Shown here: positions 39,201 through 51,002 of the stretch, piece by piece
Layout of the letters: each line of letters opens with the position of its first letter
How positions within the stretch are numbered: position 1 is the first letter of the stretch
From: Patellaria atrata CBS 101060
Taxonomy: Eukaryota
Length of the DNA: 64,000 nt
Direction of reading: 5' to 3'
Assembly (NCBI GenBank): GCA_010093705.1
Contig: MU006093.1
Location: 251,785 to 315,784 of the forward strand
The notes under the pieces: generated by a model
Database searches by the model: none
Told to the model about the DNA's origin: nothing
The model's input: the letters and a program-made list of their open reading frames with translations, nothing else
Translations under genes and position numbers: made by a program

Positions 39201-39805
39201 TACGCCCTCTCTCCGCTCCCACAGAAGTCGAGAGGGGAGTAGATGAGGAGGATTACCCAGATGAACCAAGTCCGTCTCCTCTACCCAGCACAAAGCGCCA
39301 TACCCGCTTTTCCTCGCATCTCTATACCGCACCATCGAACCGAACCGGTTCAAAAGATAACGACGACGAAGCCTACGTCGAAGGATTCACCGCCCTCGAC
39401 GCCTCAGCCTTCGACCTGAACCTCGACCTCAACTTCCCCACAACGAACACCCACTCCACCCTTCCAGCCGGCATCCTCACGTCCACCCCCGGCTATCTCA
39501 AAACGCCATCGAAGCGCGCCACCGCGCTCGCTAAAGCGAGGGAGCGCACAGGTGCCGCGAATTTAGCTATCGTCACTCCGGCGGTGGGAGCGACGCCCAT
39601 GAGGGCATTCGGAGCAGCTACAGCGCCACCGGCGGTCGCAGAGGTGGAGAATAGGGGCCCGGTCACGCCATTTAGGAGGAAGTTGCTGCAGCAGGGGTAT
39701 AGAGCCAGCGGAGCCAGGGGGGCGGGGGCGGGGAGGAGGAGGGGGGTCGGGTTCGTGGGGTTCGAGGATATCGGGGAGGGGAGTTCGAGGGGGAATGGGA
39801 GATGA
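36255..39805 (+). CDS. SFI1: Spindle pole body centrin-binding protein Sfi1; exons approx 36255-36303, 36357-39805
   Basis: Spliced N-terminus LTNEDVEVLYNIV...FRALFQAYD..L...DHDQVFFRYLL, many Trp-spaced A-x7-LL-x3-F/L-x2-W repeats, RARNLFLLTKAFTHW-type block, C-terminal TPGYLKTPSKR. Confidence 0.85.
37155..37370 (+). repeat. 108-bp tandem duplication inside SFI1
   Basis: CCGAAATGAACGAAGATGC at 37155 and 37263; EMNEDA..FR..C.......LQRWRQR..EA appears twice. Confidence 0.85.
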
Positions 39806-40086
39806 TCTTGTACCACGCTTTTGGGTATGGTGTTTCTATTCTGTTGAGCTCCACTTGATAGGATTGGATAGGAATGGTTGGCGTTTTTCGCGTTTCGGAG
39901 TTGGATATTTTGCGCTTTTGGATATCCCATGTTGTTCTCGCTCGCGCGGTGTTTCTTTTATCTCGCTGCTCAGAGCAGGCAATGTTTCATTCGTAATCGA
40001 TTGGGCGTTGGAGTAGAAGTTGTAGAAATCCCCTGATATCTCCTATTTCAGCACTATCGAATCGGGTAATTGATCGCATGACACAC

Positions 40087-40347
40087 CTACAATGCAAATA
40101 TGACCAAGCAGAAGATCCCGCATGCGGCTCTGCCGTAACTCGGTTTTTGGGTCTGTTCGGTGCCAAGTGTGCAGTGCATGGATCCTGAGGTAGAGGGTGA
40201 GAGAGAGTCAGAGCAAGGCTCGCATTCGCCGAAAAAGGATATGCTCCTTGAGGTGTTGGGGGAGGGGGAGGGGGAGGGGGGTATGCGCTGGAGTGTCAGG
40301 TCACGCAGACTTAGGGGTTTGATATCAGATTGGGTTTTCTCATCCAT
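40087..40347 (-). CDS. Small hypothetical protein with hydrophobic C-terminal segment
   Basis: 86-aa ATG ORF, Pro/Ser-rich with a terminal hydrophobic stretch (AACGIFCLVIFAL); a possible GTAGGT donor at the end; no family recognised. Confidence 0.3.
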   Translation of the reverse strand: MDEKTQSDIKPLSLRDLTLQRIPPSPSPSPNTSRSISFFGECEPCSDSLSPSTSGSMHCTLGTEQTQKPSYGRAACGIFCLVIFAL

Positions 40348-41926
40348 ATCTGTAGTGCAAGCAGGATAGAGCGGTGGGTTTGAAAGAGGGTACCTTATGG
40401 AGAGGATATCTTAGGGTATACAGTGAGAGGAGATATATGGGCAGGTGTGGAGGGAAGGGCTCATTATTTATCAGCCATGCACTTCTTACCTAAGATACTT
40501 CTCAAGCTGCCCTGGCACTGTCATGGCGGGGGTTTGTGATATGTCCCGCTTTCTACCTTAACTGATAGAACTTCTGGACGGGAAGTGTTGACTTCAGTAT
40601 GCCATATGGGGCTTTTGTAGCGATGGGATTAGCCCAAAACCGAAAGAGGTAGAACTAGTGTTGGGGGCTTTGATATAGCAATACGAGAGACATCGTCAAC
40701 GGTGTCAGATTCAGTATTATGGCATTGCTTGAGCTGTAGAGTGTAACGTGCTATATGGATTTTTCTATGAAGTTATTGGACAGAGATTCGTACTTTGAGG
40801 GGATTGTGGACGTTGCGTTGAGGCGGTGCTGTATCGTTTGGCGATCCTGCGGGAGTTTTATCCCACATCTCATATCGTACAGTAAGACGTTCTCTTGCTG
40901 ACTACCTCTACGAGTATTTCGATGTTTTGATCGATATTTATCCTACCTTGTTATCTTTGATCTTAATATTAACGAATCTGGTGGATCGGCTATAGAACTA
41001 ACTCCGCATATCAATCTCCGGCTACAGGAGACGACGTTCCCTTTCCACACCAGGGAAGATTAGATACCACTACTATAGAGATGATATCCTTCATCTCTTA
41101 GTATCTCATTATCTCATTATTTCGTGGTATCAGATACTACATAAGTAGTATATGCAGAAATGTTTCTTGCTCGTCCCCATCTCACTCTTTACTGATTAGT
41201 TGGCTCATTCGTTTCCAATTTCTATAATAGCTCTATAGCATTATCATAGTCACCCATCGACAAGTCCTTCAATTACTCATAAGTTTCAGAATTTCTCTTA
41301 CGCCGTTGAAAAGCTAGAAGTTATATATTTCTATCTAAGGACCTCCGATATAGAAGCGTCCCTCTCCAAACAGAGGAACGTGAAGTGCTATACATATTCT
41401 AAGCTCGTAACAGATCTTTTGAAGCTTCCTCGCTGGGAATCTATGAACCACAGCCACTTGGATAGAGCGACAACTAGATAGAAGGAAGAAGTATAAGTCA
41501 GTTTCAAAGTAGAGCAGCAAAATTGGATACTACAAAAGTTAAAGAAACATCGCAAAACGAAGCGACGTTTTAGGTTTTGCTTTAGACCCGTCTGTTACAA
41601 TTCAGTGGGAAAATCTCACTCTGCCCACGTCTTCACGATTCTTTACGTCGCTTTTGAGATCCTGTTTCTAATTAGCTCTATTCACACTCTTAGGGCAACT
41701 TGTCTATGAGCTCTCTCTGCTGACAAACACCTTGGAATTGTCTCTCATCGGGTCTCTGCTTTGCTGTAATCTCTCTTCACAATTTTGCGTGTTTAGTACT
41801 ATTCAATATCTGTCATGATGCCTCTATATAATCCTACCCTTGCCCACCACCAGCGTCCATATCACTCAACTATTTCTTTATTTCAGCATACAACCTACAC
41901 TTGGCACACAGACAACCACTGCCACC

Positions 41927-42493
41927 ATGCCCGTACATTGGCGTGACCAAATCAACGAAGCCTTAGACGGTCTAGAGAATGAACTTACATACATCTGGGA
42001 CGTAATCCGCGGCCGTACCCCCCTCTCTCCTACCAGTCCCCAAGATCCTCAACATCCCACCCCAGATGTCCAAGATAACGATAGCGCAGCCGGCACAACC
42101 CATTCCAACGAACCACGCCCCGAACCAACAGAACCTCCCAAGCCAACGGCCGGAGTCATCGCCGACGTAGCACGCTGGAGGTTCCCGGCCGCGCAGCTGT
42201 ACTTCCACCACGTCTTTCAGCTCTGGATGCTCGCGGACCCGACGCTCTTCACCGACCGCTTCGTCAACTAGTCCTTCCTGAAGATGGAGGAGGGGAATTG
42301 GCGGGATATGGCGAAGGAGTATGCGGAGGGGCGTTTGAGGGAGATTGAGGAGCTTGTTGCGAAGGATGAAGCTAATAGGAAGGAGAAGGAGGCTGCGGAG
42401 ATTGAGGCGAAGGAAAATGAGGTGGAGGAGGAAAGTATCAAGGGGAAGTCTACGAAGCCCAAGGGTAGGAAGAGGAAGAGGAGGAGGTGGTGA
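41927..42493 (+). pseudogene. Orphan gene A interrupted by one in-frame TAG (42269-42271); pseudogene or recoded gene; paralog of 43157-43873
   Basis: GCCACCATG start, TATA at about 41825; the frame stays open for 73 codons past the TAG to ...RKRKRRRW*. Confidence 0.6.
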
Positions 42494-43123
42494 ACGGACT
42501 TTTATGGATACGGACAACGCGGTTGCTACAGGGACAAGGATATAATGTTAGACTCTATGGCTCTCGACGGTTGTGTCAATTGAATACTTTGGAAAGATGG
42601 ACGTCTATACTGGGTTGGCAGCAGCACTAGTGGAAGAATATATGCGTAAGTAAATAGCTTTCGATTAGGACAGTTCGATGTTAGATATACCACTCCAATG
42701 GGCTATTCGTCGAGGAGATATTCTACGTTCCTTATTTCCGTTTCCCGTTGTCACACAATGTCGCTAAAGCCACTAAATCTGCGTACGCTTGTGTGAGACT
42801 TCATAAGTTTTGGCTGAAGCGGTTTTGATCGGTCTGTTTCAAATAACATAGGGATTCTTTATATTGTCCCTTATTTAGACATACACTATTGTTTTCGTTT
42901 GCTGACAATCACTATGGAATCTCTTGTAATGTCCTGCTTGCTTCGTTTATATCTTTGCTACATCTCTAACAGTTCAATCACTATTCTACCATTTTGATTT
43001 CATTAAGCAATCGTCACTATGCTTCTATATAATGCACTTTCCCGATATTTGCCCCTTCTGCCACTCTAATCTATCATACTGTTCTAGTCTTAAAAGTGCA
43101 GTCCCATACCCTCCCACTTAAAA

Positions 43124-43145
43124 CCCCCCCCCCCCCCCCCCCCCC
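43124..43145 (+). repeat. Poly(C)22 tract
   Basis: 22 consecutive C ending 11 nt before the ATG at 43157. Confidence 0.9.
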
Positions 43146-43156
43146 TTCTAATTATC

Positions 43157-43873
43157 ATGTCAACAGCATGGCGGCACTACGCCGACAAAGCACTAGACGC
43201 TCTCGAAACCGAACTCAACAAGCTCCGATCAACCGCACAATCCCGCCCCTCCACGTCTCCGTGCGGAACGGACCCAACCCCCCTTTCGGACCCAGACGAC
43301 CAAGACGCCGCCAGCGAAACCAGCACAACAATCCTCCCCCCCTACGGCGGCGAAGCAGACAAACGAACGAAGCTCTGGAAAGGCGAAGACCGCGTCCAGC
43401 CCCGCACATTCAAAGCCCCAGTCCCCAGCCCCAGCGCGCACCTAACCTCCGCGCGCTGGACGCACCACGGGCCCCACCACTCCTTCGGATACATGTTTCA
43501 GCTGCACATGCTATGCGACCCACAGCTCCTTCGAAAGCCGTACGCCGAGCATAGGGAGGTGGGGCGGGAGGCGGCGCGGGTGTCGATCCGGCGGTTCCTG
43601 GGGGACCGGGATGTCGCGTTTTTCGTGGAGAATGCGGAGGATGAGAATCTTGTCGAGGAGTTGGTTGGGGTTTGGATGGTGCTTCATGGGGAGTGGAAGG
43701 GGGAGTTTGGGGGGTTTGGGGGGAGGGAGGGGCTGTTTTTGAAGGGGAAGGCCGAGGCGGTTTATCGGACTTTTGTTGGTATGAGGGAGGAGGAGGGACG
43801 GGGTGGAGCGGGACGGTTTGTGGAGCTGAGACTTGCGCGGATTATGAGGCTATCGTATGATTATCGGTACTAG
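43157..43873 (+). CDS. Orphan gene B (238 aa), paralog of 41927-42493
   Basis: Intronless ORF; MSTAWRHYADKALDALETEL and ARW...F..MFQLHMLCDPQL match gene A; TATA at about 43026. Confidence 0.75.
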   Translation: MSTAWRHYADKALDALETELNKLRSTAQSRPSTSPCGTDPTPLSDPDDQDAASETSTTILPPYGGEADKRTKLWKGEDRVQPRTFKAPVPSPSAHLTSARWTHHGPHHSFGYMFQLHMLCDPQLLRKPYAEHREVGREAARVSIRRFLGDRDVAFFVENAEDENLVEELVGVWMVLHGEWKGEFGGFGGREGLFLKGKAEAVYRTFVGMREEEGRGGAGRFVELRLARIMRLSYDYRY

Positions 43874-44107
43874 GGATGTTGCTGTTGGGAAGAACTGGAG
43901 CCGTCTGAACATGGGACTGCCATAGAAAGGGTAGTACCGGGGTAGTATAGAATTTCCCCCAACAGTTTACGGTTTACTCTACTCAATCAAGGAGATCAAT
44001 TTTGAACTAACCAGATCCATAGAGTTATGTACTCCAGAGGTACACTTTCTAATCCCTAACGCCAAACTCCGCGCACGCAAGCTCTAGCTAGCAAGACCTA
44101 TTCCCTC

Positions 44108-44847
44108 TTAGAAAATACTATTGATAACCTTGCTTCCCATCGTCGCGCCTGCGCCAAAAACAGCCGCATTCCCAAACTTCTTCCCAATATTCTTCCCCAT
44201 ATCCGTATGCTTATTCGGCTGTCCCTGACTGCTCTGACTCACCTCCAACGGCACATTTCCGTACCCCATCGGCTGCTGTGGTACCGGCACCATCGGCATC
44301 CCACCCTTCTTCTCCTCAACTCTAACATACGAACGGGGGAATATGCCTTCAGCCCCGGTCCGCTCGTTGCGTCCCTTCCACCATTCCGCGTTCGTGTATT
44401 CGGTGACTGAGATGGGGTCGTGCAGCTCGAAGGCCAGGTCACCTTCATCTTGCGGCGCGTATTGATAGAGTGCCGTGGCATTGCAGAGTGCTTTTGCGGG
44501 TGCGTAGGCGGGGGGTGGAGCGGTGGGTGGGTTGAAGACGGCTTTCTCGTTGAAGGGCGCTTTCTCGTTCTGCGAGGTGAGACCGAGGTTGTTGATTGCT
44601 TGCGTCGGCGCTTCGTAGGCGGGCGTGGAGTGTGATTTGGCGGTTGAGGAGGCCTCGGAGGGGAGTTGAGAGAGGATGGAGGTTAGTTGGGCGCGGGTGA
44701 GGTTGTTGGTGTCGGCGAGAAATTCGAGCTCCTGGGAAAGGTTAGGGATCAGAGTTATTCGGTGAGGTTTGACAATTGGAGGATACTCACGGCTTTGATT
44801 GTGCGAATGGACCGGCTGGCCATCGCGGTACGAAATTCGTCAGCCAT
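44108..44847 (-). CDS. PIN3: SH3-domain protein, Pin3/Lsb1 family; exons 44847-44791, 44731-44108
   Basis: PPPAY motif, ALYQY...GDLAF...EWWKG...EGIFPRSYV SH3 domain, C-terminal GKKFGNAAVFGAGATMGSKVINSIF. Confidence 0.9.
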
Positions 44848-45301
44848 GTTGAGGGTGATGTACTTTCGTAGGGGGAACGCGTTGCGGATGTCGTCGCAGG
44901 TGTCGTTGCAGGTGTCGTTGCGCGGGGTTACTTCAACTTCAACTGCCGGTTCTGTTCGGTGAAGGATTTTGAAATGCGTCTGCAGCCTTCAACTAAAGAG
45001 GGCGAGATAAAAGGATTCGAAGCAGCGGGATTCTAGTTCAGAAGTTGATTTGAAAGAACTTTTTACGGGAGAGAAGAGCGCTTTGTGGTCTCCCAGCGGC
45101 AACAGTTGGACATCACGTTTCAAAACGGAGCAAGGATACCTAATAAGTTACAATTCCACACTTCGGTTGCTTACTGTACATCTTTTAACATTCGTTTTCT
45201 GAAAATATCTTTTCAACTTTTACATTCTTCATTCTGTTGGAGAAATTCAAGGTTCTTGCATGGAGTAGCTGAACCCCTGAACTTCAAGGCATTGGCTCAC
45301 A

Positions 45302-47233
45302 ATGGAGACCATTAAAGAACCATATCTAAGAGATATTCAAGATCGTGGATTTATCGAAGGTCTAACAATCAAAGAAAAGAGCTCGGAAAGACCAGTTTGC
45401 CATTATTTTGGAGGTTTGCCATACGCCTTACCTCCCGTAGGACCTTTCAGATGGCAGAGACCAAGGCCTCTTCCCACGTGTTATACATATGGTACACGGA
45501 ATAATCCTGGACGTTTTACGGGCGAGACGGGAAAGTGTCCTCAACTCGCCGTAGACGAGATTGCTTCAGATGCGGCGGCTGTGGAGGAATTTTTGGACCA
45601 TAATGCGGCTGGTAACCAAACTGAAGATTGCCTTCAATGCAATATCTGGATACCGTACGGTGATCCTCCATCAAAGGGTACTTTCTCTTCGTCTCATGCG
45701 TTAGTATAGCGAGCTTGCTGTTAACCAGATACTCTAGGATGGCCAGTATATTTCTACATTCGTACGGTAAACAGCCCCTTTGACGGTTCATTTCGCTAAT
45801 GTACCGTAGATGGTGGATTTCTCCAGATTGGTTCTGCGAATGAGGCAAATTTTACGGCTATGTATGGGGAGACCCCTTTTCGAGCAATTATTGTAATGCC
45901 TGCATACCGATTGAACGTATTTGGGTTTCTTGCCTCACCAGATATGTGCTCAGAGTCAACATCTCCCGAGCAGACCCCTTATAATCTAGGGTTCTGGGAT
46001 CAACGGCTAGCTCTTGAATGGACGCACAAGCTCATTAAATACTTTGATGGTAATGCTTCTAACATCACCGTGGGTGGATACTCTGCCGGTATGCTTCTCA
46101 TTCCCCAGATATCATTATTGCTTTCAGTTGACTCTTCACCTAACTTCTTCGCAAGTATCCGTGACTACGTACCCTCTTTTCCCCTTCTTACTTTTAACGT
46201 CTAAGTAATTAACCAATAATCACTAATGTCTACAAAAGGAGCTCACTCTGCTTTTTACCAACTCCAATACGACCTCTTCCTCCCTACCTCTAAGTCCATA
46301 ATCAAGCGTGTAGTAACTCATTCCAATGGTCCGGGCATGCAACCCAAATCCCTCATAGCAGGTCACACTCAATTCCTCGAACTCCTAGACGTCCTTTCCA
46401 TCCCGCGATCACTATCCTCGGCTGACCGCATGGCACGTCTCCGTGTCATTCCTGCCCGCAAACTTCTCGTGGCTACTAAGAAGATGAGGTACCACCAATA
46501 CCGCGCCATGACGGACAACGACTTCGTAAAGCCTGACCTCTTCGAGTCTATTGACTCGGGACGATTCGCTGCTCGCATGCGTGCCCGAAACATCCGCCTC
46601 CTCATTGGCGAATGCCGTGATGAACACTTCCTCTACGCTACCTGGCACCCAGCCAAGAACTCTCTCAAAGGGGTCTATGAACGTCTTCAAGCTGATTACC
46701 CAAAGATCGCCTGCAAAGCGCTATTAAACCTCTATTACCCGAATGGTAAGCTACCCGCGGGCTGTAAGGACTGGCCTGAAGCTTTTGGTCACATCTATGC
46801 AGACATGCAAATTCACATGATTCAACGCGGGGTGATGGCTGGGTTGGCTAGAGCTGGTATTGAAGATCTCATTTACCGGTATCGAATCGAGTGGCGTGCG
46901 GATTGCGCTTGGGCACCCCCGGAATGGGGTGTTACACATGGCACAGATGGCTCGATATGGTTCTGGGGCGATGGGGATAAGCTCAGACCTGAAGAGAAGA
47001 AGATCGTAAAGGATGGGTTACACGATCTGTACTGTCGGTTTATCCATGGTGAGGATGTGAGGAGAGAGTGGGGTACAGACGGAATCAAACGGGTGAGGCG
47101 GTTAAGGCCGGATGGAAAGATCGATGCCTGGGAGGATACATTGTGGGACAGGGCTCAGGAAGTCTGGAGGGTGCTACAGATGGTAGGGGTCGCCGAAGAA
47201 GACGAGGTCATGAAGTTGAGCTCGAAGTTGTGA
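45302..47233 (+). CDS. Type-B carboxylesterase/lipase with C-terminal PTS1 (SKL); exons approx 45302-45677, 45738-45761, 45810-46088, 46239-47233
   Basis: GLPYA.PP.G..RW, EDCLQCNIW, HGGFLQ, YRLNVFGFL, GYSAGAHS nucleophile elbow, GECRDE, VTHGTD. Confidence 0.92.
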
Positions 47234-48421
47234 GTATTTAGTGGTCTGGGACCGCAGTTGACGATGTCATTTCTGACAGTTTGGTATAGGGAGGCTGATA
47301 AACTATATATTAGGATATCACTACGATTGGCGGATATTCAGTAGAGTTAGCTTGCCCAAATTTTTGGTTTGATCGTTGGGCGCTGACTACTGTACAGTAC
47401 TGCCTTATCAAGTATACTGCCGTATTCGGTTGATGCACGTTTCCTACTTTGCGTATTCACATCTCTTCGCGCTCTGCACAGTGCAAGTATCGTAAGGATC
47501 TTACTTATGGTGCGATCTAACTCCCATGAAGAATGTACAAAATAGATCATGATCGGTGTGCTCTGTTTTAGGGTCGATAAGGAGCGCACAGTACATACGG
47601 GTGGAAATAACTCCTATACAATGGACTCAAAGAAGGACTATGAGTGAAGAAAACCATTATTATATGGTTGTATATCATAACGGAAGCTCTCCCGTTTACT
47701 ATATGAATAGGCGGGATCCCACAGTTCGATAGAAGTGCGTTGATGAAAGAAATCCCTCAACTTCATGTACTTATACTAGGAATTCAAGCATCATCTCCTT
47801 TGATAGGTGTTTCTTCTGGCTTATTGATGTCTTATGGTCGATGTGCGGGACGATGCAGGATTATGAGGCCTTTACAGGATCTTACAGTGATATGTGTTCG
47901 AACTTCTTCAATGTCGACCATAGCAGTGACACAGTGTCATACTCTAGATTAATCATTATTGACCGAATTCAGCAAAACGTTTAGTGCTATGTAGTAGTTC
48001 TGGGGAAGATGTACTACCCAACAAAGCACGTTGACAACTCGTTGACAGGGAGGACAATTACCTCATCGGATGTAACACTTTGAAAAATTTCCACTTCCAT
48101 CGACTTCTCTTCCAGACGACACACTTTTCACCGATGTGGCTGGAAGAAAAGTTTCAACGATACAGACGTTCTATTCATACATCCGAGAACCAACAGCCGA
48201 AGTGAATTAGGAAAAAAATTACGGAACGCTTCCGCCTTAACTCCATCCCCTCAGACTAACCACCAACGGTTCATCACATCCCGATTTCGCCATCAAAGAT
48301 CCCCTGCTGTTATCTGCTGTACTTCTTATACAATGTCTTCTTCCTCTCCTCTATATTCTTCCTGCCGATCAGTTTCGTGGAGAGGCAAGGAGAACAATTC
48401 CCTACATCCCCGAGGACTACA

Positions 48422-50402
48422 ATGGATACTAAGAGGGGGAACATCCTTAGCGAAGTCGGTGTGAAGAACAACAACTCCAATGATGCTACGAATAAGAAGA
48501 AGGATCATATGAGGTTGAGTGATGTCGAGGCTAACAAAGATATACCTGTAGAGAGGAATACGACGTCTCTCGACGAGGAAGGAAGTGCTAGAGGCGACAG
48601 CCCTCCACCCCACAACTATTCCAAAGCTAGGCTCATTGCTCTTGTAGCTACCGTTACGGGAGCTGCTTTTCTAAACGTGAGTTGAGTGTAATCTCGGTCA
48701 GATTTGTACGTTGTACTAATTGCCTGTAGACACTGGGCGTTCAAGCAGCCGTTATAGTTCTTCCCACAATAGGGCACGATCTCGGTATTCCGGATAGTAG
48801 ACAACAATGGATTGTCTCCGCATATTCACTTACCTTCGGTTGCTTCCTCCTTTTCTTTGGAAGACTCGCGGATGTATATGGAAAGAAATTGATATTCATA
48901 CTGGGTTCAATTTGGTTAACAGTGGTTTCCATCGTCATCCCGTTCGTCTCCAATGAGATCACATTTGATGTTCTTCGAGGTCTTCAGGGGCTGGTATGAC
49001 GGTCGATTCCGGATGATCTTAGGGACCAGAAACTGATATAATCTCATAGGGAGCTGCTGCAAACGTACCAACAGCTATTGGTATCCTCGGTGTCACATTT
49101 TCCCCTGGCAAAGCCAAGAATTATGCTTTCACCTGTTACGGAGCAGGTGCCCCAATGGGTTCCATTTTCGGTAATATTCTTGTAAGTCACACTTCAAGAT
49201 ACTCAGCGCGGCTATACTGACGCTTCAAACTCAAGGGAGGTGTAGTAGCCGAATACGTTAGTTGGAAGTGGGTTTTCTGGATACTGGCGATACTCTGCGC
49301 TCTAGTAAGCGTAGCTGGACAGTTCATAATACCTGAACCATCTTCAACCGAACATGGTTATGGCCTTAAGTCATCAGTGGACTGGATCGGAGGCACTTTG
49401 ATCACCATCGGACTCCTTGCTCTTATGTTCGCCCTCACGGAAGGTAATGTAGTTGGTTGGAACGAGCCTTGGATATCAGCCTTGATCGTCGTCTCTGTCG
49501 TACTCGTCATTTTATTTGTGATATGGCAATGGTATCTAGAACATAAGACGACTAAACGGCCCTTGATGAAGGTTTCCATCTGGAACAACATGAGGTTCTC
49601 ATCCGCTATGATCATCATGGCTTTGTTTTTCGCCTCGTTCAATAACTTCTTGATTTTCGCAACCTATTTGTGAGTCAGCTCTGAAAATTGGGTTGTCGTA
49701 TCTGTACTTATAATAAATTCACAGCTATCAGGAATATCTAGGCCTAAGCGTTATCCAGACGACACTGCGATTCGTCCCAACTGGCGTCACTGGAGGTACA
49801 CGATTCTTGTCCCAGAACTCGGCATTTTACTAATAGCCTTGCAGTCTTGGTCGCATTTGTAACTGCACAAATATTGAGTCGTATCAGAGGCAGTTACATC
49901 CTGATGTTTGGGACGCTTTGTGTCGGCATCGCTTGCCTTCTTTTTGCAGTACCAATTTCCACAAATACTACCTACTGGGCTTATGGATTTCCTGCGATGT
50001 GTCTTTCAGTCTTTGGCGCTGGTAAGTATGTTTGAAGGGGATTTCCACGTTTATCTAACATTTTCACCTTCAGATACACTTTACCCTTGCCTTACGCTCT
50101 TCACAGCTCAATCCCTACCACATGAGGATCAAGCTATGGGCGGCGGATTGATCAATGCTGTAGGACAAGTAGGTCGATCGATTGGCCTTGCTATCGGGAC
50201 TGCAGTTGAGGTCGCAGTTATAGCTCGCCAAAAGAATATGGATACCAGTACCGTAGGGACGACTGATCTTGAACTTCGTGATTCGGCAATGCTTGACGGT
50301 CTTAGAGCAGCGCAGTGGTTAAGTTCTGGATTTGCCCTAGCGGCATGCTTGGTTGCTGGTTTCGCTTTTCGACATGCAGGAAAGGTCGGACATAAACACT
50401 GA
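48422..50402 (+). CDS. MFS drug:H+ antiporter (DHA2/Atr1-like); exons approx 48422-48676, 48730-48993, 49050-49181, 49236-49669, 49725-49795, 49845-50021, 50074-50402
   Basis: QWIVSAYSLTFGCFLLFFGRLADVYGKK, RGLQGLGAA, WKWVFW, DWIGG, YWAYGFP motifs; multiple TM helices. Confidence 0.92.
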
Positions 50403-51002
50403 CAGAACATTAATGAAGTACAGGATATGTCGGTTCGTGTCACTGTTCGCCAGATTCCTCTCTACTGTACGCTCGCGCTCAAAGTGCTCTCCGGTTCCGG
50501 TGTACGGGAGAAGTCGAAAACGTGCAATTGAACGATTCAACACTGCGTCCAAATCGCCCGTACCAATAATGGATGCCTATCGCCGTGGTGGATTAACAGT
50601 CCTCAAGAGCTACTTGGAATCCGTTCTGAGGTTGAGGGACCATGTTAGTGGAAAGGAGATTGTTGGATTTGGATTTGGACGTGCAAGAAAAAACCGGTTG
50701 GAATATTGATTACACAACCCCTTTCAACGGTTTTCTTCACCAACTATCACGGGATCTTTGGTTATCGAGTCACCACTCCACGGTACCGCGGTGCACTCGA
50801 CCACAATCTACAATCTTACTATCTATAATAATTCAGCTCTACTTCGACTTAATCTCCACGTCGTTCTTCTCAGTACAGTTTATTCTTTCATCACCAAACG
50901 CGTTATACCATTGATTGCGAAAATAGTCATTGTTCTTCCCAACGCCTATACACATATTGTTATTATCTCTATTGTTCCCATTGTCGAAGGAAAAGTCACA
51001 TA

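Noticed and set aside
41972..42517. 181-aa minus-strand ORF across orphan A
   Set aside because: GTG start, low complexity; the + frame has the Kozak start, TATA and paralog similarity.
44889..44922. Short GTGTCGTTGCAG-type tandem repeat upstream of PIN3
   Set aside because: Only about 2.5 imperfect units; an ordinary minisatellite.
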